Position numbers and translations under genes: made by a program. The notes beneath the pieces were generated by a model, which saw only the letters and a list, made by a program, of their open reading frames with translations, did not search any database and was not told where the DNA came from. Below are positions 37,964 through 46,928 of a DNA stretch of 63,479 nucleotides, one piece after another. Source of the DNA: a virus (taxonomy: Duplodnaviria; Caudoviricetes); the IMG/VR virus record IMGVR_UViG_3300020461_000006, positions 1 through 63,479 of that record. One strand, given 5' to 3'. The number at the start of each line of letters is the position of its first letter. Position 1 is the first letter of the stretch.

Positions 37964-38073
37964 TTCGACTGGGTTCTGGATCGTTGGTTATGTAGTGAAA
38001 GCCTTGCGGATGAAGGCATATCCACTTAGCGCGACTTTCCAAAATCGAAAGGTCGCGAGCGCGGAGGACAAGA

Positions 38074-38331
38074 TCATGCAGGTTCATAGTTGATTGCAGA
38101 AGTGTTCAAGTGTCCGTATGGGAGAACGTATTCGAAGGTTGCTCCTGAGTAATAGGAATTGCTTTTCAAAGAGAACTGAAGTCGTTCATTGTGCTCATTG
38201 AGATTCTTGATGTAGTCAAGTGCTTTCTCTTGTGCCTCTTCCTTTGAATCAGCAATCACAAAGAACCACGAAGACGGAATGTCGCGTCCGTGTTCATTGT
38301 TAATTAGCGTTCTGAACTTGTAAGTTTTCAT
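38074..38331 (-). CDS. Hypothetical early protein
   Basis: MKTYKF...VIADSKEEAQEKA motif; start reassigned. Confidence 0.55.
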   Translation of the reverse strand: MKTYKFRTLINNEHGRDIPSSWFFVIADSKEEAQEKALDYIKNLNEHNERLQFSLKSNSYYSGATFEYVLPYGHLNTSAINYEPA

Positions 38332-38454
38332 AATTAAGTGGTGGAGATGCGTGAGTAGAAAAGACTGCATCTGCAGTCGGCCAAGGTGTAAGGAAGAGAA
38401 CGACAGTGCAGATGAGTATGGTTGTCATTCCGAAGATCTTCTCTTGCTGTTTGG

Positions 38455-38865
38455 TCATTGCTCCACCTGGCTCTTGATGGGTTTGACAGTCAGGTAGACA
38501 GATTCGCTGAATTCAGCAGTGCCGTTCTCCTGCTCCACACGTTGCAGATGAGAGATGCGGTTTGACTCACGACGCAGCTCGTCGCTGTATTTCCAAACCT
38601 TGCGACGACAGACCACGACTTGCTCGTCATCAGTTGCAGCAGCTTGGATCTCATGCTTGTTCATGAAGTGCAGGATCTGTGCCTGACGTGCTTTCACTTC
38701 TGCTTCAATGTCCTTGAGAAGCTTCTTACGGTCGAGATAGATCTGCAGTTCACGTTCGTATTGTTCTTCTGTCCAGTTTTCAGCCATGGGTTTGGTTGCT
38801 TTGGTTGAGAACTTGATGCGCTTCTTAGTAGCAGATTGTTGCTTGTTGCGAGTTGAGATGGTCAT
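38455..38865 (-). CDS. Hypothetical early coiled-coil protein
   Basis: 136 aa; leader motif abuts ATG. Confidence 0.65.
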   Translation of the reverse strand: MTISTRNKQQSATKKRIKFSTKATKPMAENWTEEQYERELQIYLDRKKLLKDIEAEVKARQAQILHFMNKHEIQAAATDDEQVVVCRRKVWKYSDELRRESNRISHLQRVEQENGTAEFSESVYLTVKPIKSQVEQ

Positions 38866-38883
38866 GGTGAGAGAGAGAAAGAA

Positions 38884-39231
38884 TCAGAGTGCGTATGCGT
38901 TGTCGGTTAAGACAACCTGGCGAGAAGATGTGAATAACTCGCCATTGTGTTTCCACACAAAAGCATCATCACGTTGTGGGTTGTATGTGATGCGTCTGTG
39001 AGAAGGGCTGACATCAAAGGAAGAAGTACAGATCTCGCCTTCTAAGTAGGCGTGAACGTACTTCTTACCTTCTACCCTTGTTTGTTGCTGACCGTAGTCA
39101 TTAACTACAGTTGTGACGTTGTTGAGTGCAAGACGTTGAAGATGTCCAGCGACTCTCCAACCTTTGCCTGGAATGTGTTTTTGTACACTCCAGATGTGCT
39201 TTGTAAGGTTGTAGTAGACGCGTACTTTCAT
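38884..39231 (-). CDS. Conserved phage hypothetical protein
   Basis: VRVYYNL....WS, K.VHAY..G, ITYNP...F motifs recurrent in phage early proteins. Confidence 0.7.
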   Translation of the reverse strand: MKVRVYYNLTKHIWSVQKHIPGKGWRVAGHLQRLALNNVTTVVNDYGQQQTRVEGKKYVHAYLEGEICTSSFDVSPSHRRITYNPQRDDAFVWKHNGELFTSSRQVVLTDNAYAL

Positions 39232-39512
39232 TGCTCCATTGCCTCATTAGCGTTGTCAGCCCATGCCAGGCAATAATCCAAACAATCATCAAGTTTGGCA
39301 AGAATTTCTGCCCGCTCAAATAATGCTTGGTTGTAATCATCTACAGGATTACATTGAAAGTCGCGACCATGACATGTGCATTTCTGTAAGATGTGCAATG
39401 CCTTTCTGATTGCATCTTGAGCATCCATGTACTCGTCGAAAAGTGATTGTGCATCTGTACCGTTGAGATTGATCTTAGGAAGAGTGAATGGTGACTTAGT
39501 TGGTGTGTACAT
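39228..39512 (-). CDS. Hypothetical early protein
   Basis: LPKINLNGT...HGRDF motif; start reassigned to MYTPTK. Confidence 0.6.
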   Translation of the reverse strand: MYTPTKSPFTLPKINLNGTDAQSLFDEYMDAQDAIRKALHILQKCTCHGRDFQCNPVDDYNQALFERAEILAKLDDCLDYCLAWADNANEAMEQ

Positions 39513-39711
39513 GATCAGGATGTTGATGAAGGTAATCGAAATGTGGATCGTCGTAATGTTTGATCCAGCAGCAGTAATTTCCAGACATTGAGACTGCAAA
39601 TATGCGGTCATCGCATACTTGTTCAATCCACATTCTGTTGTCGTTGTTCATCGCATTAGCGAGACGATTCTTGGCTTTAGAAGATCGAGGATTGACGAAG
39701 ACAACAGTCAT
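39496..39711 (-). CDS. Hypothetical early protein
   Basis: V.PRSSKAKNRLANAM...W....DDPHF pattern. Confidence 0.6.
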   Translation of the reverse strand: MTVVFVNPRSSKAKNRLANAMNNDNRMWIEQVCDDRIFAVSMSGNYCCWIKHYDDPHFDYLHQHPDHVHTN

Positions 39712-39950
39712 CGATGTGGCCTCCCGTAGATTTCACAATTGCGATCACGGAGTGAGTCACAACAACCGTCGTCAGTTGCGAAGTAGGTTCTTACTGGTGG
39801 TTCTATTCGTTTTTTGAAAGTAATAACTTTCCAATCTTCTTTTTTGATGTACTGAGATCGCCTGTAGGCAGATGCCATTGCTTTGGCTTCCTTGTAGGTG
39901 TAGGCAATACCCACAACCTTGTTAGATCGTGTGTCGATGACGTTGAACAT
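39708..39950 (-). CDS. Hypothetical early protein
   Basis: Start reassigned to MFNVID, 12 nt downstream of leader motif. Confidence 0.55.
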   Translation of the reverse strand: MFNVIDTRSNKVVGIAYTYKEAKAMASAYRRSQYIKKEDWKVITFKKRIEPPVRTYFATDDGCCDSLRDRNCEIYGRPHR

Positions 39951-39996
39951 GATGAGTGAGTGAGGTGAGAGAGATGACCGCAACCGGATAAGGTTA

Positions 39997-40734
39997 CTAC
40001 GAAACAGCAGTTTTGGAGCTATAGCCGGTGAACTTGTTGGCTTTGCGACGTTCGGCAATCGCTTTGCTCCACTCAGAACCCTTAGGTTGAGTGCCATGCA
40101 CTAGAAGTGCAAAGGGTTTATTACCGAAACAATGCGAATCATCGTGATCGACTTCTAAACCGTCTTCCATAGCTTCTTCTTCAGTTTTGTAGACCTTTGC
40201 AAATCTGGGGAACAATCCCTGATCAATTAGATGATCGAACTTGCCGCCATACGATGCAGTGAGATAGAAATTCTCAGGGAGAACAAGATCTAAGAAGAAG
40301 TCCAGAGATTTGCTGTAGCAGTAGAACTTAAGATCTGGATTCTGTTTTGCGACTTCTATCCATGCGTTTAGGTAACCACGGGAGAAGAAATCGCCAGATT
40401 CATGAATCCGTACAAGCTTTGTATTCTTCTTCCTGTGATGTTGAACGCTTGCGTTGATTAAATCAACCATTGAACCCTCAATGACTGATCGCATCAACAA
40501 TTCCATATTGTTGGCTCGTAAGTTATAAACAGCGTCATACTGTACTTCTGAAGATGCAGCAAAACATCTGAATTCTGTTTGCTTGCCGTCTTGAATTTTA
40601 CGCTTGCCGTTATCCTGCAGAACTGCAAACGATTTGCAGAACACTGCGCCAGGGCATGTTTTGCCTGCAGGAAGGCTGAAAATGAGTCGTTGCTTGAGTT
40701 TTGCGTTGCCTTGTGAGAACTTAAGAAATGACAT
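39997..40734 (-). CDS. Gene product 88 (GP88)-like Cys-rich protein
   Basis: GNAKL..FSLPAGKTCPGA..C, CFAA, VRIHESGDF, FYCYSKS. Confidence 0.75.
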   Translation of the reverse strand: MSFLKFSQGNAKLKQRLIFSLPAGKTCPGAVFCKSFAVLQDNGKRKIQDGKQTEFRCFAASSEVQYDAVYNLRANNMELLMRSVIEGSMVDLINASVQHHRKKNTKLVRIHESGDFFSRGYLNAWIEVAKQNPDLKFYCYSKSLDFFLDLVLPENFYLTASYGGKFDHLIDQGLFPRFAKVYKTEEEAMEDGLEVDHDDSHCFGNKPFALLVHGTQPKGSEWSKAIAERRKANKFTGYSSKTAVS

Positions 40735-40736
40735 TG

Positions 40737-41246
40737 TGAGATGCTGAATGCACAGCTTGAGGTGAGAGAGAAAGAAAAAAAAAAAAAAAAAAGAACTCAG
40801 TAAAGTTCTATATGTTGCCAGTAATTATGCTCAGGATGGAACACATAAAGATGTTCACAATCCATGTTGCGCCAATACTTATCAGCTGTTGATGAAGCAC
40901 GGATCACTGGTTTTTCACCATCGCCACGCTCGCAGTGATAAACAGGCTGCGGATCGCGTTGGTGAGTTTTTGGAAGATCGTAGTTTGTGCGACCGTCCGC
41001 ATCTTTTTGAAACGTAGATTGCCAAGTGTCAGTAGACCTTAGGCATGACATTGAACCGGGTTTGATGAGAGATTTAACAGCAGAAATTGTGCTGTAGTGC
41101 TCATTGAGAATAGGCAATTGATGCTCGGGATATCCATCCCAATGGCAATAAACTGCCCTGATTTTTCCTGAGGGTAATTGATACCCAATCGCAGATCTGG
41201 TGCCCATAATGAGATGCTGAATGCACAGCTTGTGAGGTGAGAGAGA
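40737..41246 (-). repeat. Duplicated 5' leader: 23-bp direct repeat TGAGATGCTGAATGCACAGCTTG (40737-40759, 41210-41232) plus AGGTGAGAGAGA and A tract
   Basis: Identical copies directly upstream of two consecutive early genes. Confidence 0.9.
40797..41207 (-). CDS. Conserved phage early protein
   Basis: MGTRSAIG...YCHWDGYP...EHLYVF signature. Confidence 0.75.
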   Translation of the reverse strand: MGTRSAIGYQLPSGKIRAVYCHWDGYPEHQLPILNEHYSTISAVKSLIKPGSMSCLRSTDTWQSTFQKDADGRTNYDLPKTHQRDPQPVYHCERGDGEKPVIRASSTADKYWRNMDCEHLYVFHPEHNYWQHIELY

Positions 41247-41995
41247 TAAAAAAAAAATGTTAGAAAGTTTGGCCCGTATTTAGGGGATGACTACACTCAC
41301 GCTCAAGTTACAAGCTCTCTGCAGGTAGACACACTGATCCCTAAATACAGTCCTAAAAAATATTTTTTATTCAATGCGACACCGACGATCTAACCTCACA
41401 CTCCAGGGATCCCGCCCGACTGGTAGCAGAGCACCGTTACGGTGGCGCATGCCTGGTGAGACTGTATCGACCGCAGGCGTTACCCGTTGGTGTCTCAACC
41501 GTTCTGGCCTTTACCGGGTCTGACTTCCTGCCGCGTAGCGAGGTTGCCGGGTAAAGGTTGGCTTATGTCCCTGGTAGGGGTTCCGGGCTGTGTCGTTTGG
41601 CGTGTGTTCCTTTCGGTGACCACAACCTACAGACCTGACCCGGTTAATCCAGAAATAGTAGACGCCTTGCCAGTTGGCACACTCTCCAGCCATCCGTACC
41701 CGGTAAAGGAAACGCGTAGCGCCCGCGAAATACCATGAAACCCACCAATCCGTCAATATCAAATAACAAATCTCTAAATATTAGATAGCGGGGGCCTGTT
41801 AATTATTAACCTAACTCTTACTCAATAACCAATAAATAACTAAATATGATCTATATGCTAACTATGCCCCCGCATAATTAAATATACATACATAGAAACA
41901 TAGATTTCAGCTATCTGAGACGATTGCTAGCAAAACCGCAAAAGATCCTAGCATGATCACCCCGAAGATCATCAGCAATTGATGCGTGTACATCG

Positions 41996-42499
41996 TCAGC
42001 AATCGTAGATCAGACATTCAGGATCACTTGGATATATAGAGCAATACGAGTCCCAATAAGTCAGTTTCTTATCTGCGGGATTGTTTTTAAGCTCGTCGAG
42101 CGCCTCTTTATCTAGAGTTCCTTCACGTAGTGAATGTTCCAACGCAATCATTGCATCGTCCATTTCCGCATTCTGCCTCATCCATGTGAATAACGTATCC
42201 TCCCTAATTTCGTTCCAAATATGTTGTGGACGCCACCAAGGTAGAACTTGATAATTACTCTTAGATCCGTTGCATTCAGAGCAACATCTTACTAGGTTCC
42301 ACCTCTTATTTGGCCCGCCATGTGAGCGTGGGATGACATGATCGAGGGTCCAGGATGTTGCTTTGCGTCCACAATACGCACATCGGTCACCGGGATAATC
42401 CGCGATGATTGCTTTCCTAAACCGCTTTACCGCATTTTTTGGCCTTGTTTCGTGAAGTTGAAAGAGCAATTCGTCTGACGATTGCGCTACTCGCATCAC
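41996..42499 (-). CDS. HNH endonuclease
   Basis: CAYCG..TLDHVIPRSHGG...NLVRCCSECNGSK. Confidence 0.92.
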   Translation of the reverse strand: MMRVAQSSDELLFQLHETRPKNAVKRFRKAIIADYPGDRCAYCGRKATSWTLDHVIPRSHGGPNKRWNLVRCCSECNGSKSNYQVLPWWRPQHIWNEIREDTLFTWMRQNAEMDDAMIALEHSLREGTLDKEALDELKNNPADKKLTYWDSYCSIYPSDPECLIYDC

Positions 42500-42527
42500 T
42501 TATTTAGTTGGCTTATTCCCAAGATAA

Positions 42528-42920
42528 CTAAGGAAAGATCTTGATAAAGATCCAAGGCTCGCCTTCTTTGACGTGAAAGAAGTGTGTTTCGATTGAATCT
42601 AGTACTCGAAGGTTGTCATTCTTCAGCACACGACTGTAAACCAGGCCGTCTAAACAGGCCTTTAAATAATTATCAAGATCTCCTCGTTTGGTCTGACCGT
42701 TGAAGATGATTTCAATATGAGATACATGCTCTAGGCATTCGTACTCCCAGTCCCGACGAACGATCTCGCTGAAGTCGGACAGCCACTCCTTGTAGCTGGG
42801 ATCGTTGTAGACCTGCCCCTTGCTACTAAATCGGGGTCGGCTTGCTGGTCGTGGTGGCATAGATACGTTGATGACGTAAGGATCGCTGACGTTGGTTAGC
42901 TCCTTGTTTAATTCGTCCAT
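42528..42920 (-). CDS. rusA: RusA-family Holliday junction resolvase
   Basis: PRPASRPRF, GDLDNYLKACLDGL, NDN. Confidence 0.88.
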   Translation of the reverse strand: MDELNKELTNVSDPYVINVSMPPRPASRPRFSSKGQVYNDPSYKEWLSDFSEIVRRDWEYECLEHVSHIEIIFNGQTKRGDLDNYLKACLDGLVYSRVLKNDNLRVLDSIETHFFHVKEGEPWIFIKIFP

Positions 42921-43594
42921 CCCAATGCCTCAGAAGTGATAGGAAATACGCTGCAAAAGATCTGTTGGATCTCCTTAGCAATCAGTCGGTGTTCAAGCTG
43001 GGTGTCGTCCTGGGTACGCACTTGCAAGTAATGGATCCACCCGCGAACTGAAGAATTTGCATACAAAACGCTGGGCGTACATACAGGGAGGATCCGCCTT
43101 GCTGTTTCCTTTGCGATCCCTGCCTCAAGCAGCGCCTCGTACTTCTCGTAAGCCAGGTCGATGACCTCCTGGGCCATAGCCTGTGCTTCGCCCTGCTCCA
43201 GGTCCGTCAGGTCATCAAATGAGTTCTGACGGTTCTTCGTGTCTTGTCTGCGAAACGTAGGAAGTGATGCCTTACTGGTCTTGGCATAGCGGCAACTAAA
43301 TTGCTGAAATGCCAGCCCAGAATGACGAATCATCTGCGTGGCTACGTCAAGCTCCGTCTCAATCCGGACGCACATATTCGCCATCTGAAATGGTGACCAG
43401 TGCTTTTCCTTCATTAAGAAGTGCAGGAGCTTAGGCCCAGTACTCCAGTTGTCGGCGTTTGAAGGATTGGAGACTCTCGCCATTTTTACTATGAGGCGTT
43501 CCGCGTCCTGTGTTGCGTGTACCAAGGTGACGGGACGATCCAATGAAATCGAACCGCTTTCGGGGTTTTCTTTCAGTCCTGGAGGCAGAGTCAT
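42908..43594 (-). CDS. thyX: FAD-dependent thymidylate synthase
   Basis: ARVSNP, HWSPF, QMIRHSGLAFQQFSCRY, GIAKETARRILP, TQLEH. Confidence 0.92.
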   Translation of the reverse strand: MTLPPGLKENPESGSISLDRPVTLVHATQDAERLIVKMARVSNPSNADNWSTGPKLLHFLMKEKHWSPFQMANMCVRIETELDVATQMIRHSGLAFQQFSCRYAKTSKASLPTFRRQDTKNRQNSFDDLTDLEQGEAQAMAQEVIDLAYEKYEALLEAGIAKETARRILPVCTPSVLYANSSVRGWIHYLQVRTQDDTQLEHRLIAKEIQQIFCSVFPITSEALGWTN

Positions 43595-43651
43595 TTTCTA
43601 ATTCTTCAAACGTGACGAAGGTGTTGGTGATGCCGTCTTCGAGTTGCCACA

Positions 43652-43909
43652 TCAGTCGAGAGGGATCAAACGCATTTGCTGGACACGGGTATCGACGATC
43701 TTTGAGCTGTCAAAGCGCACTGCATACGTCGGATAGGAAGCACCGCTCTTGTTGCGTGTCCAAGTCAGGTCGACAATGGTGCCTTTGCGAGGCTCTCCAA
43801 AGAGCATCTGGGCGGATCCGCTCTGCCTGCGACGTACTCGCTGACCTATCTCGTATAGGTGACCTTGGCTCCGTGTACCGGGCAGGTTGTCTTGTTGGGT
43901 GCTAGACAT
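43652..43909 (-). CDS. Small SH3/KOW-like hypothetical protein
   Basis: YEIGQRV...GTIV...YAVRFD pattern. Confidence 0.5.
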   Translation of the reverse strand: MSSTQQDNLPGTRSQGHLYEIGQRVRRRQSGSAQMLFGEPRKGTIVDLTWTRNKSGASYPTYAVRFDSSKIVDTRVQQMRLIPLD

Positions 43910-43986
43910 TTAAAAGCTGACCGCGTGGATTGAAAACAGACCGAGGCAGCTACGAGTTTGTGGACGTCGACGGGGAGCGTCTCGTC

Positions 43987-44208
43987 CTAGCTGTCGGGTT
44001 TCTTGGGGAGGCCGGTGGCCTGACTGTGAAGGTCAAGCAGAGCCACCCCCAACAACCACTCCCTCGCAACCTTCAACCCCGACTTCCCCTGGATGACGGT
44101 GAACATTCCCAGATGGCTGCGTAATAGCTCCCTGGCTGATACATCCGTCTGTGTCGCTGTTTGTGTCCAGGTGACAAGTTGAGAGAGGGTTATCCGAGAG
44201 GGCTTCAT
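43987..44208 (-). CDS. Hypothetical protein
   Basis: 73 aa; overlaps 44033-44338 in another frame, so assignment is uncertain. Confidence 0.4.
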   Translation of the reverse strand: MKPSRITLSQLVTWTQTATQTDVSARELLRSHLGMFTVIQGKSGLKVAREWLLGVALLDLHSQATGLPKKPDS

Positions 44209-44338
44209 TGGCCTTGGCTAAAGCGTTTATGACTTCTTCTTGAGTTGTTTGATAGAACCCTGCTATCTGATCTATTGACCATCTGTGCTGTTCCTCGATC
44301 AAATCCTCGTAGAAGAATTTGTGAATTGGTTTTCTCAT
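44033..44338 (-). CDS. Hypothetical protein, possible short HTH
   Basis: WSIDQIAGFYQTTQEEVINAL; starts 6 nt after exonuclease stop. Confidence 0.5.
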   Translation of the reverse strand: MRKPIHKFFYEDLIEEQHRWSIDQIAGFYQTTQEEVINALAKANEALSDNPLSTCHLDTNSDTDGCISQGAITQPSGNVHRHPGEVGVEGCEGVVVGGGSA

Positions 44339-44344
44339 TGTTAA

Positions 44345-45052
44345 CTATGCCACACCTCTAGACATTGGTTGGTGATAGTTATCTGGCAGTGGATTCTTTT
44401 CGTGCCAATCTTCCAACTTCTCCAGGAAGTGGCAGTACAGCTGATTGATGTCGGTGCGGCCCAGCTCATGGATCTGGAAGGGCTTGTTCGGCAACGCGAC
44501 GACAATCAGTCCTTTCTTAATGCAAAGACCTTGGCGGGCATACACAAAGTTTGCCGCCTTGATATACGCAGCGACTTGCAACTCGTAGCCATACAGTTTG
44601 GAACCTGTGACTGGCTTATTTGCTGTTTTGAAGTCGATACATGTAGGTTGATCCCCATCACCCGGCATGTACGCCAAACAGTCGAGAGCGCCTGCGTAAT
44701 TGTCGCTGTTCCACACAGCCCCCTCAAGGAGAAGGGGCTGCTCAATCTGCTCCAGAAAGGGGCGGAGTGAGTTGTAGAACGGCTGGTAACTGAAATGAAA
44801 CGGTGGATGCTCTCCCGTTGTTAGGAATTGCTCCGCACCGTCATGCGTCCATGTCCCGCGTTGTGAGGCCCGTTGAAGGATCTCATCGGCTGCTTTTTCA
44901 CCCTTGTACTTCCTCCAACCTGCAAACTTCGAGTCATCACGCAATATCGTGGTGACGCTGGGTTTCAGGCCGAGAGGCGTTGCATAGACCCGGTGACCAT
45001 CAATGGTGGTCCGGACTGCTTCGTACTTGGGGATGGCCTTGACGCGTGGCAT
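44345..45052 (-). CDS. PD-(D/E)XK exonuclease (recombination exonuclease-like)
   Basis: PSVTTIL, RGTWTH, YAGALDC, IDFKTA, LQVAAY. Confidence 0.88.
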   Translation of the reverse strand: MPRVKAIPKYEAVRTTIDGHRVYATPLGLKPSVTTILRDDSKFAGWRKYKGEKAADEILQRASQRGTWTHDGAEQFLTTGEHPPFHFSYQPFYNSLRPFLEQIEQPLLLEGAVWNSDNYAGALDCLAYMPGDGDQPTCIDFKTANKPVTGSKLYGYELQVAAYIKAANFVYARQGLCIKKGLIVVALPNKPFQIHELGRTDINQLYCHFLEKLEDWHEKNPLPDNYHQPMSRGVA

Positions 45053-45106
45053 AGATGCCGTGCAAAGGGATGGAGGGGGCGTAATACCCCCGACCGGATG
45101 GAGATG

Positions 45107-45781
45107 TCAGTCCTCAGACTTGCCGAACACTTTGTCTCCAGGCTCGCCCATGCAGTAGGCCTTTAGATCGCACTGGAAGCTGTCGAAGGCTTCAGTGATC
45201 TCGTCAGCAACTGGCTCTGGAGGCAGTGCCATCAGGGTGTGAACCGTGTCGTTCTTGGTTTTGCCTTTACGGCTCCACTCGAAGTCGTAACCGCGAGGGT
45301 CTCCATAACGCGGGTTCTCAACCGCTTTGGTGAACTGCTGAATCAGAGTCTGTTGAGTGAAGCTCCAGATTTGGAACTTCTCTTCCTTGTAGTTCCAGAC
45401 GATCATCGCCATGAAGGTCTTCACTAGAGGGTCGCCATTCTTTCGAGTGGCAGCACCTTCAGGAATTTCTTCAAATGGGACTTCGTCGAAACCATTTTCT
45501 GCAAGGGCTTCTGCGTCCCAGCGAGCGCAACCACGACGGGATTGACCATCGTCGTCCTGGTAGTCGTACCAGATTTCCGAACCCCAGCGACATTGCGACA
45601 TGACGCGGAATTCGACGCTCTCGCCGTCCTTAGGGACAGCAACGTAACCGCTTGTAGCGGCTGCACGATCAGCTGCTTCCTTCTTCTCTGACTCCAGACG
45701 AGTCCGGAGTGCTGTCGGAAGAAAGCTGTTCGTTTCTTGTGAGGTTTTTGTGGTTTGGTTGCGGCGTGTAGTTACAGGCAT
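45107..45781 (-). CDS. Putative single-stranded DNA-binding protein
   Basis: FMAMIVWNYKEEKFQIW..TQ..L, GDPRGYDFEWSRKG; acidic; upstream of exonuclease. Confidence 0.6.
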   Translation of the reverse strand: MPVTTRRNQTTKTSQETNSFLPTALRTRLESEKKEAADRAAATSGYVAVPKDGESVEFRVMSQCRWGSEIWYDYQDDDGQSRRGCARWDAEALAENGFDEVPFEEIPEGAATRKNGDPLVKTFMAMIVWNYKEEKFQIWSFTQQTLIQQFTKAVENPRYGDPRGYDFEWSRKGKTKNDTVHTLMALPPEPVADEITEAFDSFQCDLKAYCMGEPGDKVFGKSED

Positions 45782-45956
45782 TTGCTGGCTGCTTGAGGAG
45801 CTGTTGTGTGATTTCTTGGTGGCGAAGCAGGCGTTCCAGCATCTCTGAAGGAGAGAGGTTAGATTGCTGAGCTAGGCCAGACAAGAACCCGAAGGAGTGG
45901 TCTGTTAGCCAGACGGTCCTCCGGCGCTTCGCCTCCCCGTACTGCCTTGCGGGCAT
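45669..45956 (-). CDS. Ribbon-helix-helix-like regulator
   Basis: RRTVWLTD....L..LAQ..NLS.SEMLERLLR. Confidence 0.6.
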   Translation of the reverse strand: MPARQYGEAKRRRTVWLTDHSFGFLSGLAQQSNLSPSEMLERLLRHQEITQQLLKQPANACNYTPQPNHKNLTRNEQLSSDSTPDSSGVREEGSS

Positions 45957-46021
45957 CAGGTGGTTGCGAATGCATACAACCTACTGCGGTTATACCGACA
46001 ATGCAACCCAATGAGGTTGAT

Positions 46022-46783
46022 TTAGCCTTGAAGCTCTTTCAAAAGCTCAGCATTAGTGCGTGAGTAGCTCAGATGCTCCCCAAGGAGGCGGGTCATTTTG
46101 GCGATCATCTCCTCAATTTCATCCGGACTCCAGGATGCTTGACCCTTAATTAGCTCTGCAAATAACTTTTTCTGGTGGGGGTTACCTGGGAAGTGACCGC
46201 CCATTTCATCAGCGTCTTCGAGAGGGTCCATCTCCTGAACGGCCATCAGCTTTCTGACTAGACGTCCTGCCCTGCCGCTGATTGTGATTGCATCTTCGGC
46301 ACTGACCACGGGTTTGCTCAGGTCCATCGGGACAGGACGCAATCCCAGGAATACCTCAGTCAAATAACCTGCTGTGACTGGGTTTCCAATCTCGTCTCGC
46401 ATAATCGACGCGCCTTCAATCAAGTGGGCGAGCCTTCCAAAACGGATTATTGGCTCGTTTCTTTGGTACGCGTCTATTGCTCTACAGACGTACTCCAGCG
46501 CCACAAACGCCAGTGGTCCTGGGTTCTTAATTCGCTGAGCCCTGTAACCGGCAATGGTGCTGCTGTGAAGCAGTGCTTTGTCGCCCGTGCAGAGCTTGCA
46601 CAGTGCAACCAATTGAGGATGAGAAAAATGGTTTACATCCATAAACCAAGCAAACCATCGACCAAAACCAATAATTCCACTCTCTTTGCAGCTCTCTAGC
46701 TCTTCTCCAGGAATGAATGGCCGTGATGGGATACCGGGGATCTCATTAATTCTTTTTAGTTCGGAAACGAGATCGGTCACCAC
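46022..46783 (-). CDS. Hypothetical protein, possible repressor-like regulator
   Basis: 253 aa, divergent from primase; weak HTH-like segment LHSSTIAGYRAQRIKNPG. Confidence 0.5.
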   Translation of the reverse strand: MVTDLVSELKRINEIPGIPSRPFIPGEELESCKESGIIGFGRWFAWFMDVNHFSHPQLVALCKLCTGDKALLHSSTIAGYRAQRIKNPGPLAFVALEYVCRAIDAYQRNEPIIRFGRLAHLIEGASIMRDEIGNPVTAGYLTEVFLGLRPVPMDLSKPVVSAEDAITISGRAGRLVRKLMAVQEMDPLEDADEMGGHFPGNPHQKKLFAELIKGQASWSPDEIEEMIAKMTRLLGEHLSYSRTNAELLKELQG

Positions 46784-46928
46784 GGTTACGCCGTCGCGTT
46801 TAGGTCAGCCCGAATAGTACGTGCTAACCGCACAAAATGCGACTTTTTCACGATGCGTTCAGCTTCTGCCTTTTAGAAACTCAACCTGGACAGGCTCGGT
46901 ACCGTGACCTTGTAAGGACAAAGAGCAC

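Noticed and set aside
41487-41762. Two 83-aa ORFs in the structured leader
   Set aside because: TTG starts, mutually overlapping, no coding signature; region better explained as non-coding
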